Shown here: in pieces, positions 8,912 to 18,622 of the stretch | Position numbering within the stretch: position 1 is the first letter of the stretch | Layout of the letters: the number at the start of each line of letters is the position of its first letter | Origin: Candidatus Thermofontivivens primus | GTDB lineage: Bacteria; Sysuimicrobiota; Sysuimicrobiia; Sysuimicrobiales; Thermofontiviventaceae | Assembly: GCA_031458695.1 (NCBI GenBank) | Contig: JAVKJW010000001.1 | Location: 96,001-160,000, forward strand | Length of the DNA stretch: 64,000 nucleotides | Reading direction: 5' to 3' | Position numbers and translations under genes: made by a program | The notes under the pieces: generated by a model | What the model was told of the DNA's origin: nothing | Database searches by the model: none | What the model saw: only the letters and a program-made list of their open reading frames with translations

Positions 8912-10288
8912 CTACCGCCACAACGCGAAGGCCTCGCAGGCGTCCACGAAGCGCTTGGCCGCGTGCGGCACAGCCGCCAAGTGGAGGTGGACATAGGAAG
9001 CTAGCACGTTGCCATAGACCAGGCCATCCCTATGCCCGTCCAGGCCGACCCCCTTCACCATGTGATAGGCGGTCTCCTGGATATCCCCTGAAAGGGAGGA
9101 CCAGTGGAATTCGTGGCCGCGCGCACGCTCTCCCCGTGTGAAGAGACAGGTCGGCCGCTGCGCCTCTACTTCGACATACCCGATAGCTCTGAGGTTCTGC
9201 TCCATGACAGCGGTATAAGGGAAGACCCCCGCCATCGCGTAGCGGGTTCCCTCAGCGACCCTGAGATGCTTGCAGAGGTACATCATACCCCCGCATTCGG
9301 CATATATGGGCATCCCTGCTTCCGCCGCCCTCCGGATCGCTTCGCGCATCGACCAGTTGGCCTCGAGTTCTGCCGCATGGACCTCAGGAAACCCTCCCCC
9401 CAGGTAAAGACCACAGACCCCTTCCGGGAGATCCCTGTCTTCTGTGGGGCTGAAGAAGATCAGCTCGGCGCCGTAAGCCCTGAGGACATCCAGCGCATCC
9501 TCGTAGTAGAAGTGAAACGCCCTGTCCCTGGCCACACCGATGCGCACGCGCGAAGGGTAGGATGGGGTCAGCCATCCCTGCGAAGAGGGAAGGGAGGGGG
9601 CATGTCGGGCAATAGCAAGGAGCCTCTCCAGATCTACATGTTCCCTGACCGCTGCACCCAAGCGCTCAAAGATCTCGCCGTACTCTGCCTCGGTCGCAGG
9701 CACAAGGCCAAGATGGCGCTCTGGGATGGATCCCCCTTCGATGCGCGGGAGTGCCCCAAGGAGTGGAATGTTCAATTCCTCTTCGATGGCTTGTCGCAGC
9801 CACTCCCTGTGCCTTGGCCCGCCACTGAGGTTACAGATCACGCCTGCAAGGTGAACCTCCCGGTCGAGCTCCCGGAACCCGAGGACCGTCGCTGCGATGC
9901 TCCGGACCGCGCTGGAAGCGTCCACGACGAGGATCACCGGCGCATCCAGGAGCTTGGCCACGTGCGCCGTGGAACCTGCCTCCCCCTTCCCGTTGGATCC
10001 ATCGTACAAACCCATCACACCTTCAATCACGGCGATCCCCGTGCCCACCGCTGCACGACTGAACAGAACCTTAAGCACCTCCTCTGGGAGGATCCAACTA
10101 TCGAGGTTCCGGGAGATCCTCCCAGTTGCGGCGGTGTGCAAGCTTGGATCGATATAGTCAGGCCCAACTTTGAAGGGCTGGACGCTTAGGCCGAGAGAGC
10201 GCAGGGCTGCCATGAGGCCCAGTGCAACTGTCGTCTTCCCGACCCCGCTATGGGTCCCAGCGATGACAACGCGCGGCACATGCACCAT
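8912..10288 (-). CDS. cbiA: Cobyrinate a,c-diamide synthase
   Basis: SGVGKTT, FKVGPDYIDP, IEGVMGLYDG, ERHLGLV, YAECGGMMYL, GHEFH. Confidence 0.95.
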   Translation of the reverse strand: MVHVPRVVIAGTHSGVGKTTVALGLMAALRSLGLSVQPFKVGPDYIDPSLHTAATGRISRNLDSWILPEEVLKVLFSRAAVGTGIAVIEGVMGLYDGSNGKGEAGSTAHVAKLLDAPVILVVDASSAVRSIAATVLGFRELDREVHLAGVICNLSGGPRHREWLRQAIEEELNIPLLGALPRIEGGSIPERHLGLVPATEAEYGEIFERLGAAVREHVDLERLLAIARHAPSLPSSQGWLTPSYPSRVRIGVARDRAFHFYYEDALDVLRAYGAELIFFSPTEDRDLPEGVCGLYLGGGFPEVHAAELEANWSMREAIRRAAEAGMPIYAECGGMMYLCKHLRVAEGTRYAMAGVFPYTAVMEQNLRAIGYVEVEAQRPTCLFTRGERARGHEFHWSSLSGDIQETAYHMVKGVGLDGHRDGLVYGNVLASYVHLHLAAVPHAAKRFVDACEAFALWR

Positions 10289-10307
10289 CCCTACACCCCA
10301 AAACGCC

Positions 10308-11882
10308 TCAAGCACCCTTTCCTTCGTCTTTTTCCAATGACAGAGCCCCTTCAAAAATCCGCCGGGATGTTGGTGGGACGAGCCCTAAGACCCTGAACAA
10401 CCACACCACATCGAGGTGACGCCACACTGCCTCGGCAAGACGCTCGAAGGAGGTTTCCAACATGGCAGGTTCCCCTTCCCGCAGGAGATCGAGGCGGAGA
10501 CCCTTCCGGGAAGCCACCCAGGAGATGAGCGCCTGCCGCAGAGGAGGATTCTCAAACAACCCATGGAGGTAGGTCCCCCAGACGAGGCCGTCAGGAGAGA
10601 TCATTCCCTCCTCCCGCGCTCCTTCTTCACAGATGCGAAACACAGACTGGCCCTTTCCCCCAGACCGTCCCGTGTGGATCTCGTAACCGCGCACCCGCAT
10701 CCCGCGCAGGCCAGCAAACGGTCCAAGATCTGTGATCACTTCAGCCTCGACTTGCACCGTGACTTTCCCCCTTTGAAACACCGTCTCTAGCGGAAGGAGA
10801 CCGAGGCCTTCTGCCTGGGCGAGAGAACCTTCCACGCCATCCGGATCGTGTAAGGATCTCCCAAGCATCTGAAAGCCACCACAAATCCCCACAAGAGGAA
10901 TCCCCAACGTGCGCGCGGCGCAAATCTGGTCCACCATCCCTGTCGCGCGCAGAGCCTTGAGGTCGGCAATGGTGGTTTTCGTGCCAGGAAGCACAATGAG
11001 ATCAGTGGGGCCGATGCGCTCTTCCGGCCGGACGAAGCGGAGGCGCACCCCCGGCTCCGTAGCGAGGGCCAGGAAATCCGTGCTGTTCGCGAGATGCGGG
11101 AGGTCTACCACGACCACATCAACCTGCACCGTGCTCTCACGAGAAAAGTACAGTCTAGGTTGGGTCTGGCTGTCCTCCTCTCCAAGTGCAAGGCCAGGAA
11201 GGTAGGGGAGAACGCCGACGACAGGGACCCCGAGCGTCTCCTGGAGGAACGAGATGGCCGGGGTGAGGAGATCTGCATCCCCGCGGAACCGGTTGATGAC
11301 CACGCCCACCACGCGCCGCTTCTCCTCTGGAGGGAGAAGCTCCATCGTCCCCACCAGCGCGGCTAGGGCTCCGCCGCGGTCGATGTCTGCTACGAGAAGG
11401 ACAGGGGCATCTGCCATAGCTGCTACGGCCATGTTGGCCAGGTCGCGCTCTCTCAGGTTCACTTCGGCTGGGCTCCCCGCACCTTCGATCACGACGACAT
11501 CCGAAGTGGAGAGCAACCGCTTCAAGGAAGAGGAGATCGCCTCCTGGGCCATCTCCCGGATACACGCAGGATACTCCCGTGCGCTGAAACTGCCGACCAC
11601 ACGGCCATGCACAATCACCTGGCACCGACTGCCCGCTTCGGGTTTGAGAAGGATCGGGTTCATGTCCGCGGAGGGGACCGCCCTCGCGGCGAGGGCCTGG
11701 ATATACTGGGCCCAAGCGATTTCCCGCCCGTCCGGGGTGACAGTTGCGTTTAAGGACATGTTCTGCGCCTTGAAGGGGCTCACCCGGTATCCCTCTTGGG
11801 CAAATAGGCGGCAGAGGGCGGTCACCAGAATGCTCTTCCCAACCCCTGAGGCCGTCCCTTGGACCATGATCGCCCGTCCCAT
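10308..11882 (-). CDS. cobQ: Cobyric acid synthase (CobQ/CbiP)
   Basis: MVQGTASGVGKS, PFKAQNMSLN, NPILLKP, EGAGSPAEVNL, GICGGFQMLG, GYEIH. Confidence 0.95.
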   Translation of the reverse strand: MGRAIMVQGTASGVGKSILVTALCRLFAQEGYRVSPFKAQNMSLNATVTPDGREIAWAQYIQALAARAVPSADMNPILLKPEAGSRCQVIVHGRVVGSFSAREYPACIREMAQEAISSSLKRLLSTSDVVVIEGAGSPAEVNLRERDLANMAVAAMADAPVLLVADIDRGGALAALVGTMELLPPEEKRRVVGVVINRFRGDADLLTPAISFLQETLGVPVVGVLPYLPGLALGEEDSQTQPRLYFSRESTVQVDVVVVDLPHLANSTDFLALATEPGVRLRFVRPEERIGPTDLIVLPGTKTTIADLKALRATGMVDQICAARTLGIPLVGICGGFQMLGRSLHDPDGVEGSLAQAEGLGLLPLETVFQRGKVTVQVEAEVITDLGPFAGLRGMRVRGYEIHTGRSGGKGQSVFRICEEGAREEGMISPDGLVWGTYLHGLFENPPLRQALISWVASRKGLRLDLLREGEPAMLETSFERLAEAVWRHLDVVWLFRVLGLVPPTSRRIFEGALSLEKDEGKGA

Positions 11883-11954
11883 CTCTAGACACTTCTCCTT
11901 TCTAAGGCACGGCGTGGCCGTGCCCCTACGAATTGCCCATCCGCTCCCTTGCCT

Positions 11955-12494
11955 CTACTTCACTCGCACTGGAACCCCCGCCACCATCCAGTAGACCTCC
12001 TCGGCCTGCTTAGCCACGAGTTGGTTCGCCTCTCCCAGGATGTCCCGGTAGGCACGCCCCAAAGGTGTGGACGGGACCACTCCCTGGCCCACCTCATTGG
12101 ACACCACGATCACCGTACCTTTCCACCTCCGCAACTCCCGGAGGACCGCCCGCACCTCTTTGAGGATCGCCCGCGCCGCTGCAGGATGGGTCGGGTTGTC
12201 GGAGAAGGGCTCAAGCAGGTTGGCCACGTACAGGGAGAGACAATCGATCACGAGGGTACGCGCGCGGCCTGCAATCCGGAGGACGCTCCCGGAAAGGCCC
12301 ACAGGCACTTCCACGGTCCTCCAGCTCTTCGGGCGCATCCGCCGGTGCCTGGCGATGCGCGTTCGCATCTCTTCATCCCCAGCGGTCGCTGTAGCTACGT
12401 AGACGACGGGCTCCTTGAGGGTGCTGGCGAGGCGCTGGGCAAAGGCGCTCTTCCCGCTGCGTGCCCCTCCCAGGACCAGAATCATATGGCCCAT
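11955..12494 (-). CDS. cobU: Adenosylcobinamide kinase / adenosylcobinamide-phosphate guanylyltransferase
   Basis: LVLGGARSGKS, YVATA...DEEM..RI.RH, IDCL, VSNEVG.G. Alternative start at 12509. Confidence 0.95.
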   Translation of the reverse strand: MGHMILVLGGARSGKSAFAQRLASTLKEPVVYVATATAGDEEMRTRIARHRRMRPKSWRTVEVPVGLSGSVLRIAGRARTLVIDCLSLYVANLLEPFSDNPTHPAAARAILKEVRAVLRELRRWKGTVIVVSNEVGQGVVPSTPLGRAYRDILGEANQLVAKQAEEVYWMVAGVPVRVK

Positions 12495-12515
12495 TCCCCT
12501 CTCCCCCATCCCCCT

Positions 12516-13430
12516 TCACCTGAACAGGTCCGGATGGAGCAATCGGGCAATCACCTCTAAACCGTCCACGAGCCGAGGGCCAGGCCGGTGCACAAGGTTT
12601 GGATCTACGAAGTACACCCTCCCAGAGCGCACGGCGCGCAGCCTCCTCCACCCAGGCTTCTCCGAGAGTTTCCCGATAGCGCCGTGCGCATCGGTTGTGG
12701 CGATGATCACTTCTGGATCGCGGGCGATCAGGTCCTCCATGCTGTAAAGAGGATACTCTCTTGGCCCTACCAGGTCCCCGGCGATGTTTCGCCCTCCCGC
12801 CATGGTAACGAGACTGTGGATGAATGTTCGCGGCCCCGCGGTCATGAGGGGCTCGGGCCAGACGATCCAGAAGACCGTGGGACGCTGGCTCAGAGGGATC
12901 TTCCCTGTCTTGAGGGTGATTGCTCGGATGCGCTTGCGCAGCGCACCAACAACCTCCCATCCTTTCCGGATAACGCCCCCTAGACGCGCGACGGTGAGGA
13001 TGGAGTCCAAGACCCCTTCCACAGTCTGGGGATGGAGGGCAAATACAGGGATCCCGAGTGATTCCAGCTTCTCCACAACAGCTCTCTGCACTCCCCCAGT
13101 GACCAGGACGAGATCCGGACGGAGGCTCAGGATCCGCTCGTAGTCGGGGTCGATCATCCCCCCAACCTTTGGTTTTTCGCGAACCTCCGGGGGATAGTCC
13201 GAAAATCTGTCGACACCAACGATCCTGTCGCCTAAACCAAGGGCGTACAGGATCTCTGTGTTCGAGGGAGCAAGGGAGAGAATGCGCTGCGGGGGCTGAC
13301 GCAGGGTGACGGATCGTCCCAGATCATCGCGAAGGGAAAGAGGAAATTGATCAGCGGGAGTTGCAAGGGAGGTCCCCACGAGGAGGAAGGAGAGGAAAAG
13401 AACAAGAGGGGAAAGCCAGTACCGGCGCAT
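12516..13430 (-). CDS. btuF: Corrinoid-binding protein of an ABC transporter
   Basis: Signal peptide, PQRILSLAPSNTEILYALG, RPGPRLVDGLE; first gene after the cobalamin riboswitch. Confidence 0.85.
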   Translation of the reverse strand: MRRYWLSPLVLFLSFLLVGTSLATPADQFPLSLRDDLGRSVTLRQPPQRILSLAPSNTEILYALGLGDRIVGVDRFSDYPPEVREKPKVGGMIDPDYERILSLRPDLVLVTGGVQRAVVEKLESLGIPVFALHPQTVEGVLDSILTVARLGGVIRKGWEVVGALRKRIRAITLKTGKIPLSQRPTVFWIVWPEPLMTAGPRTFIHSLVTMAGGRNIAGDLVGPREYPLYSMEDLIARDPEVIIATTDAHGAIGKLSEKPGWRRLRAVRSGRVYFVDPNLVHRPGPRLVDGLEVIARLLHPDLFR

Positions 13431-13464
13431 CTGCCTGCCTCCTTTCGACCGAAGGATCTCGGCT

Positions 13465-13730
13465 CCCCCCGGGCAGGTCTCCTGGCTTCCGGATCATCGC
13501 AAGAGCGTCGGCAAAACCCTGCATTTTGCCGCGCCCAAGCAAGAAGGAACTCGCGCCTTCCCAGGCCAGTCCTCGGCAAGGAAGAACCTTACCGCGGTAC
13601 CAAGCCCAGTGGCTTTCCCTCCCTCACACGGGAGGTGCGAGCCCGCTCCCCGGTCACAGTGGCGGGACCGCAGCGGACTTTCACCGCTTTCCCTTTTCAC
13701 CCGCTTGGTTCCAAACGGGCACCCGGAGGG
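13465..13730 (-). ncRNA. Cobalamin riboswitch with extended peripheral domain
   Basis: Minus strand: GGTGCCC...AAAAGGGAAAGCGGTGAAAGTCCGCTGCGGTCCCGCCACTGTGA...GCCACTGGG...TGGGAAGGC...AAGCCAGGAGACCTGCC (B12 box). Confidence 0.95.
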
Positions 13731-13814
13731 TTCGTTGTACTCTCTTTTTCGCCCTCCTTCACAAGACTCCTCCCAAAGAGATTGAGATGGCGCTAAACCT
13801 TACCACAGAAGGCT

Positions 13815-13843
13815 TTGCGCTTTTTGTAGAGTCGTGATATACT
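13815..13843 (+). promoter_or_regulatory. Sigma70-type promoter of CDF-chrA
   Basis: TTGCGC-N17-TATACT with an extended -10 TG. Confidence 0.65.
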
Positions 13844-13846
13844 CAC

Positions 13847-13903
13847 CTTAGGTCATTCCTCGCAGGGACGTGAAGGACCTAAGCGAAACGCAACAAGGCC
13901 TTG
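13847..13903 (+). ncRNA. Candidate structured cis-regulatory leader (possibly chrB-type RNA motif)
   Basis: CTTAGGTC/GACCTAAG outer stem, inner TCCT-cgca-GGGA hairpin, GCG-AAA-CGC hairpin, CAAGGCCTTG; lies between the promoter and the CDF RBS. Confidence 0.5.
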
Positions 13904-13921
13904 GAGGGCAGGAGGAATTCC

Positions 13922-14833
13922 ATGGATTCTCCCATCGCCGATGCATCCGGTGCATTCTGGCTACGCATCCGCACAGCCCTTCTGGCGCTTGTCGCAGGAG
14001 TCCTCATCTTCCTCCTGAAGTTCGGGGCCTTCCTCCTCACGAACTCCGTAGCCTTGCTCTCCGACGCAGGAGAATCGGTGGTCAACGTCGCCTCAGGAGC
14101 CCTTGCCCTCCTCACCCTCTGGCTGGCCGGACAACCTCCCGATGAGAACCACCGCTACGGTCACGGAAAGATCGAGTACATCTCCAGCATCCTGGAGGGG
14201 GTGCTGATCCTCGCCGCAGGCGTTTCTGTGCTCATCCTCTCCATCCCTCGTCTTGTGAAACCTGCCCCCCTCGCGCGCCTGGGGTTGGGTCTGGCGATCT
14301 CCCTCGTCGCGAGCGGCATCAATCTCCTCGTGGCCCTCGTGATGCGTCGATCCGCAAAACAGACGGAGTCCATTGCCCTGGAGGCAGGCTCCGCTCACCT
14401 CCTCACAGACGTCTCTACCACAGGCGGGGTCGTAGGAGGGCTCATCCTCGTGCGTCTTACAGGATGGACAATCCTTGACCCGCTCCTGGCGATCCTCGTA
14501 GCCCTCCACATCCTGAGAACGGGAGCGTCCCTCACCAGACGCTCCCTGGGAGGGCTTTTGGACGAGCGTCTCAGCGAGCAAGAGGAGCGAACTCTCCGCA
14601 GGATCCTCGACCGTTTTGCCTCTGAAGGCGTCGCCTACCACGATATGCGAACCCGTAGGTCTGGGGCACAGCGTTTCGTCGATCTCCATATGGAGGTCCC
14701 CTCCCACCTGAGCGTCGAGGAAGCCCATGACCTCGCCGACCGTGTAGAGGCTGCCTTGCGCAAGGAATTTCCCTCCCTGGACGTCCTCATTCATCTGGAG
14801 CCTGAGACAGCACCTCGAGAGGGTATCAAGTAG
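13922..14833 (+). CDS. Cation diffusion facilitator family transporter (FieF-like)
   Basis: SVALLSDAGES, PPDENHRYGHGKIEY, HLLTD, HDMRTRRSG, AHDLADRVE, IHLEP. Confidence 0.93.
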   Translation: MDSPIADASGAFWLRIRTALLALVAGVLIFLLKFGAFLLTNSVALLSDAGESVVNVASGALALLTLWLAGQPPDENHRYGHGKIEYISSILEGVLILAAGVSVLILSIPRLVKPAPLARLGLGLAISLVASGINLLVALVMRRSAKQTESIALEAGSAHLLTDVSTTGGVVGGLILVRLTGWTILDPLLAILVALHILRTGASLTRRSLGGLLDERLSEQEERTLRRILDRFASEGVAYHDMRTRRSGAQRFVDLHMEVPSHLSVEEAHDLADRVEAALRKEFPSLDVLIHLEPETAPREGIK

Positions 14834-15976
14834 ATGATCTGCTGGAAAGATCTTACGGAGGTGGCCCGCCTCTTCCTCAAACTCGGCACAGTTGCCTTCG
14901 GGGGGCCTGCTGCGCACATCGCCATGATGGAGGAGGAGGTGGTCAGGCGCAAGCGATGGCTAGACTACCAGCAGTTCCTGGATCTCCTCGGGGCCACCTA
15001 CCTCATCCCTGGGCCGAACTCCACGGAGATGGCCATCCACATCGGTTACACGCGCGCAGGGTGGCGGGGGTTGATTGCGGCGGGGGTCTGTTTCATCCTC
15101 CCTGCCACGGCCATCGTGATGGCTCTCGCATGGATGTACACGAGGTACGGAGCGCTCCCCGAAGTGGGAGGGATCCTCTACGGGGTCAAGCCTGTGATCA
15201 TCGCCATCATCCTGCACGCCTTGTGGGGATTGGGGAGAGCTGCAGTAAAGAGCCCATTCCTCGCAGGCCTGGGAGCAGCAGTCCTCACACTCTCCCTCGC
15301 AGGCGTAAACGAGGTATTCTTGCTGTTCTCCACCGCTTCCCTGGCCATGACTCTCAAAGGGGCAGGAGGGTGGGTGCGCGGGACGCCCGCACTTCTCCTC
15401 CTCCCTGTCACCGGGGGAAAACCTGTCCTCCTGAGCCTCGGCGCAGCCGTACCTTTCACCCTCTCCAAGCTCTTTTTGGTCTTCCTCAAGGTGGGTGCTA
15501 TCCTGTACGGCAGCGGATACGTCCTGTTGGCCTTTTTGCATGCAGATCTTGTGGCGCGACTGGGCTGGCTTACCGATCAACAACTCCTGGATGCCATTGC
15601 CGTGGGACAGATCACCCCAGGTCCCGTGTTCACCACGGCTACGTTCATTGGGTACCTCCTGGGGGACTGGTGGGGCGCCATTATCGCAACTGTGGGCATC
15701 TTCCTCCCCTCTTTTCTCTTCGTTGCCTTAAGCCACCCCTTCATCCCGAGGCTCCGAACCTCAGCCTGGGCCGCTGGTTTCCTGGATGGCGCAAATGTTG
15801 CCTCCCTGGGCCTGATGGCTGCGGTAACCTTGCAACTTGCGCGGGCGGCGCTGGTCGATGAAGTGACGATCCTCCTCGCGCTCGCAGCTGCAGTGCTCCT
15901 CTTCCGCACCAGGATCCATTCAGCATGGCTCGTCCTGGCCGGTGGCCTCTTCGGCCTCCTCTCCCACTGGATCTGA
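14834..15976 (+). CDS. chrA: Chromate efflux transporter, long-chain CHR family
   Basis: FLKLGTVAFGGPAAHIAMM, IPGPNSTEMA, YGSGYVL, GQITPGPVFTTATFIG. Confidence 0.93.
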   Translation: MICWKDLTEVARLFLKLGTVAFGGPAAHIAMMEEEVVRRKRWLDYQQFLDLLGATYLIPGPNSTEMAIHIGYTRAGWRGLIAAGVCFILPATAIVMALAWMYTRYGALPEVGGILYGVKPVIIAIILHALWGLGRAAVKSPFLAGLGAAVLTLSLAGVNEVFLLFSTASLAMTLKGAGGWVRGTPALLLLPVTGGKPVLLSLGAAVPFTLSKLFLVFLKVGAILYGSGYVLLAFLHADLVARLGWLTDQQLLDAIAVGQITPGPVFTTATFIGYLLGDWWGAIIATVGIFLPSFLFVALSHPFIPRLRTSAWAAGFLDGANVASLGLMAAVTLQLARAALVDEVTILLALAAAVLLFRTRIHSAWLVLAGGLFGLLSHWI

Positions 15977-16205
15977 GGCGAGCGGGATCGCTCACAATCC
16001 TTGCCAGAAGAGCGTATAGGGCAGGGAGGGTCCCCATTTCCTCGGGGAGAGAGCATCCTAGAAAGGAGCACGTACAGGGGGAGGCTGAGGGCTTCAGGAA
16101 GGAGCACTCCGCGTAGGAGAAGTTGGGGATCTCAAGGAGGGTCTCAGGAAGAGGGAGGGAACCATGCTCGAAGCCTATGTGGAGAGGCTCGACGCTGCAA
16201 TGCAG

Positions 16206-17417
16206 CTATCCACTTGCTTCTTCCCAATCCTCCCGTTGGGCTAGGCCGAGGAGAAGCCAGAAGGGCATGGCTACGTGGAATTTCAGAAAGTAGGTCTCAA
16301 AGAAGGCCATCAACAGGAATGCTGCGGCCGCGGAAACTGCGCCCCACCGGAGGAGGTTGTGATTGCGGGTCCATACCTGGTCCAGCTTCCAGAACAGCCA
16401 GCCAAAAAACACGATGGCGATCGGCACTCCCCATTCTGCAGTGAACCGGAGGTAGGCGTTATGGGGATCCTCAAAGTAGGCCCACTCTGGCACGGGAGGA
16501 AGTTGACGGTACCCTTCAGCGAACCGTCCCGGCCCGACGCCAAGCAAGGGATACCGCCGGGCGATGGTCAGGGCCGATTGCCAGAGGTATAAGCGGGACG
16601 CCTCGGTCTGCTGGATAGCGAGGAGGTTCTCAAAACGGCCAAGGAGGCCTGGTGAGATCGCCGTTGCCACGAGAAAAGCCAGCCCGGCGAGAAGAAGACC
16701 GCGAAGGCCCACGGCAAAGCTGAAAATGAAGGACCCTGCAGCCATTCCCAACACGGCAAGGCGGACCCCCATGAGGACCGTGGATCCAAGGCCCACAAGC
16801 GCGATGCCTGCTCCCTCAACACGGGTCCAAGGGGATCCCGGCCGGAATATCCGCACAAGGCCCAGGAGGAATGTCGCCATGAACAAGGGACCGAGGCTAT
16901 TTGCGGGAAGGCCCAAGAGGACAACACTCTTGGGATCCCCAGGAGCACGCTGGAAGAAGACGATCTCCTGGCCAAGGGCGGTGAACCTGAGGGAGACAGG
17001 AAGGAAGTACGCAAGGAGCCCCATGAGAGCGAAAACCCCCAAGGAGCGGGAGAGTATGCGGAAGAACACGGGAGGATTCTCCAGAATGTGCTCCCCAACA
17101 ATGTATAACCAGACTAGCGCGAGCACCCCGAGGAGATCCCCGAAGGTCTCCCGTCCAAACCGAAACCGTATCACCTCTACCACCCCGACGAGCACAACGG
17201 CACTGACAATGCCGAGGGTCAGGCGATCTTGCCTCAAGCCACCGAGGAGCCTATCCCTCCGGCGCATGGAGAGCCCCAGGAGGAGGAAAAGGGCTAGCGG
17301 GGGAGAGAAAGGCATCAGTGCCGCGACGAGGCCATCCATGGAAATAGACCTGACGACTGACAGCTTAGACTCTGGTTGCTTCAGGGCTTTTGTTCCTTCC
17401 GCCACACGATCTGACAT
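16206..17417 (-). CDS. O-antigen ligase / Wzy_C family membrane protein
   Basis: Multi-pass membrane protein; RLYLW..AL....RYPLLGVGPGRF...DPHNAYL...AEWG. Confidence 0.85.
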   Translation of the reverse strand: MSDRVAEGTKALKQPESKLSVVRSISMDGLVAALMPFSPPLALFLLLGLSMRRRDRLLGGLRQDRLTLGIVSAVVLVGVVEVIRFRFGRETFGDLLGVLALVWLYIVGEHILENPPVFFRILSRSLGVFALMGLLAYFLPVSLRFTALGQEIVFFQRAPGDPKSVVLLGLPANSLGPLFMATFLLGLVRIFRPGSPWTRVEGAGIALVGLGSTVLMGVRLAVLGMAAGSFIFSFAVGLRGLLLAGLAFLVATAISPGLLGRFENLLAIQQTEASRLYLWQSALTIARRYPLLGVGPGRFAEGYRQLPPVPEWAYFEDPHNAYLRFTAEWGVPIAIVFFGWLFWKLDQVWTRNHNLLRWGAVSAAAAFLLMAFFETYFLKFHVAMPFWLLLGLAQREDWEEASG

Positions 17418-17464
17418 CTCGGATTCCGTTCAAGGCAGCCACCGTTGTCCCCTCCTCGCGATGC

Positions 17465-18511
17465 TTAGGGGCAAAGTCCTAGGGCCTTTCGGAAGTAAGG
17501 GACCGTCCGGTGGAGGCCTTCCTGCCTGGAGATGCGGGGCTCCCACCCCAGCAAAACCCTGGCCTTTGTGATGTCAGGCCTGCGCACCTTCGGATCGTCG
17601 GCAGGAAGCGGGAGGAAGACGATCCGGCTACGGCTCCCCGTTGCCTCGATGATCTCGTGAGCCAGCTGGAGGATAGAGACCTCGTCTGGATTCCCCAAGT
17701 TGAAGATAGGCGTTCGATCTCCCTCCCAAGACGCCAGGGAGACCGGATCCCAGCGGATGAGGCGGAGGAGGCCCTCCACGAGGTCTTCTACGTAACAGAA
17801 GGAGCGGGTCTGCGAGCCATCCCCATAGATCGTGAGAGGCTCGTTCCGCAATGCTTGGGTGACAAAGGTGGGAAGGGCCCGGCCGTCGTCCAGCCGCATC
17901 CTCGGACCGAATGTATTGAAGATCCTGGCGATGCGTACATCCAAGCCATGGACGTGATGGTAGGCCATGGTGATCGCCTCGGCAAAGCGCTTGGCCTCGT
18001 CGTAGACGCTCCTCGGACCCACAGGGTTGACGTTCCCCCAGTAGGACTCGGGTTGGGGGTTCACCTGTGGATCGCCGTACACCTCCGAAGAAGAGGCAAG
18101 CAGAAACGCCGCCCCCTGGGCCTTGGCCAACCCCAGGGCGTGGTAGGTCCCCAAGGCACCGACCTTGAGCGTGTGAATGGGGTGCCGTGCATAGTCCTTG
18201 GGGCTCGCCGGGCTAGCGAAATGGAGGACGTAGTCCACCTGTGGAGGCGAGGAACCAGGGTGCAAGCGAGAAGAGGGGACGAGCAGGGCATCAAGGTCAA
18301 TGGGATGGGTGACGTCGTGATGGAGAAAGGTAAAGCGCGGGTGCCCGAGGAGGTGGCGGATATTTTCCACGCTCCCAGTGAGGAGGTTGTCCAAGCACAT
18401 CACGTCAAACCCTTCTTGGACCAAACGGTCGCACAGGTGGGAGCCCAGGAAGCCGGCTCCGCCGGTGATCAGGACCTTGAAGGGCCGATGCAAACCTTCC
18501 TTGGCGGTCAT
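17465..18511 (-). CDS. UDP-glucuronate decarboxylase (UDP-xylose synthase-like extended SDR)
   Basis: [57 protein letters not shown]. Confidence 0.92.
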   Translation of the reverse strand: MTAKEGLHRPFKVLITGGAGFLGSHLCDRLVQEGFDVMCLDNLLTGSVENIRHLLGHPRFTFLHHDVTHPIDLDALLVPSSRLHPGSSPPQVDYVLHFASPASPKDYARHPIHTLKVGALGTYHALGLAKAQGAAFLLASSSEVYGDPQVNPQPESYWGNVNPVGPRSVYDEAKRFAEAITMAYHHVHGLDVRIARIFNTFGPRMRLDDGRALPTFVTQALRNEPLTIYGDGSQTRSFCYVEDLVEGLLRLIRWDPVSLASWEGDRTPIFNLGNPDEVSILQLAHEIIEATGSRSRIVFLPLPADDPKVRRPDITKARVLLGWEPRISRQEGLHRTVPYFRKALGLCP

Positions 18512-18622
18512 CGCTCGAGAAGCGTTTCTTTCCGCGTCCTAGCGGACATCAAAGTGGACCGGGCCTTCGTGTACATCTGCGTGGTCCCCGCTTCCACCAA
18601 AGGGCAGAAAGGAGTCCATCAC

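Noticed and set aside
16000..16205. Possible gene remnant after chrA (RBS + MLEAYVERLDAAMQ)
   Set aside because: Too short, runs into the convergent gene, and no family can be supported.
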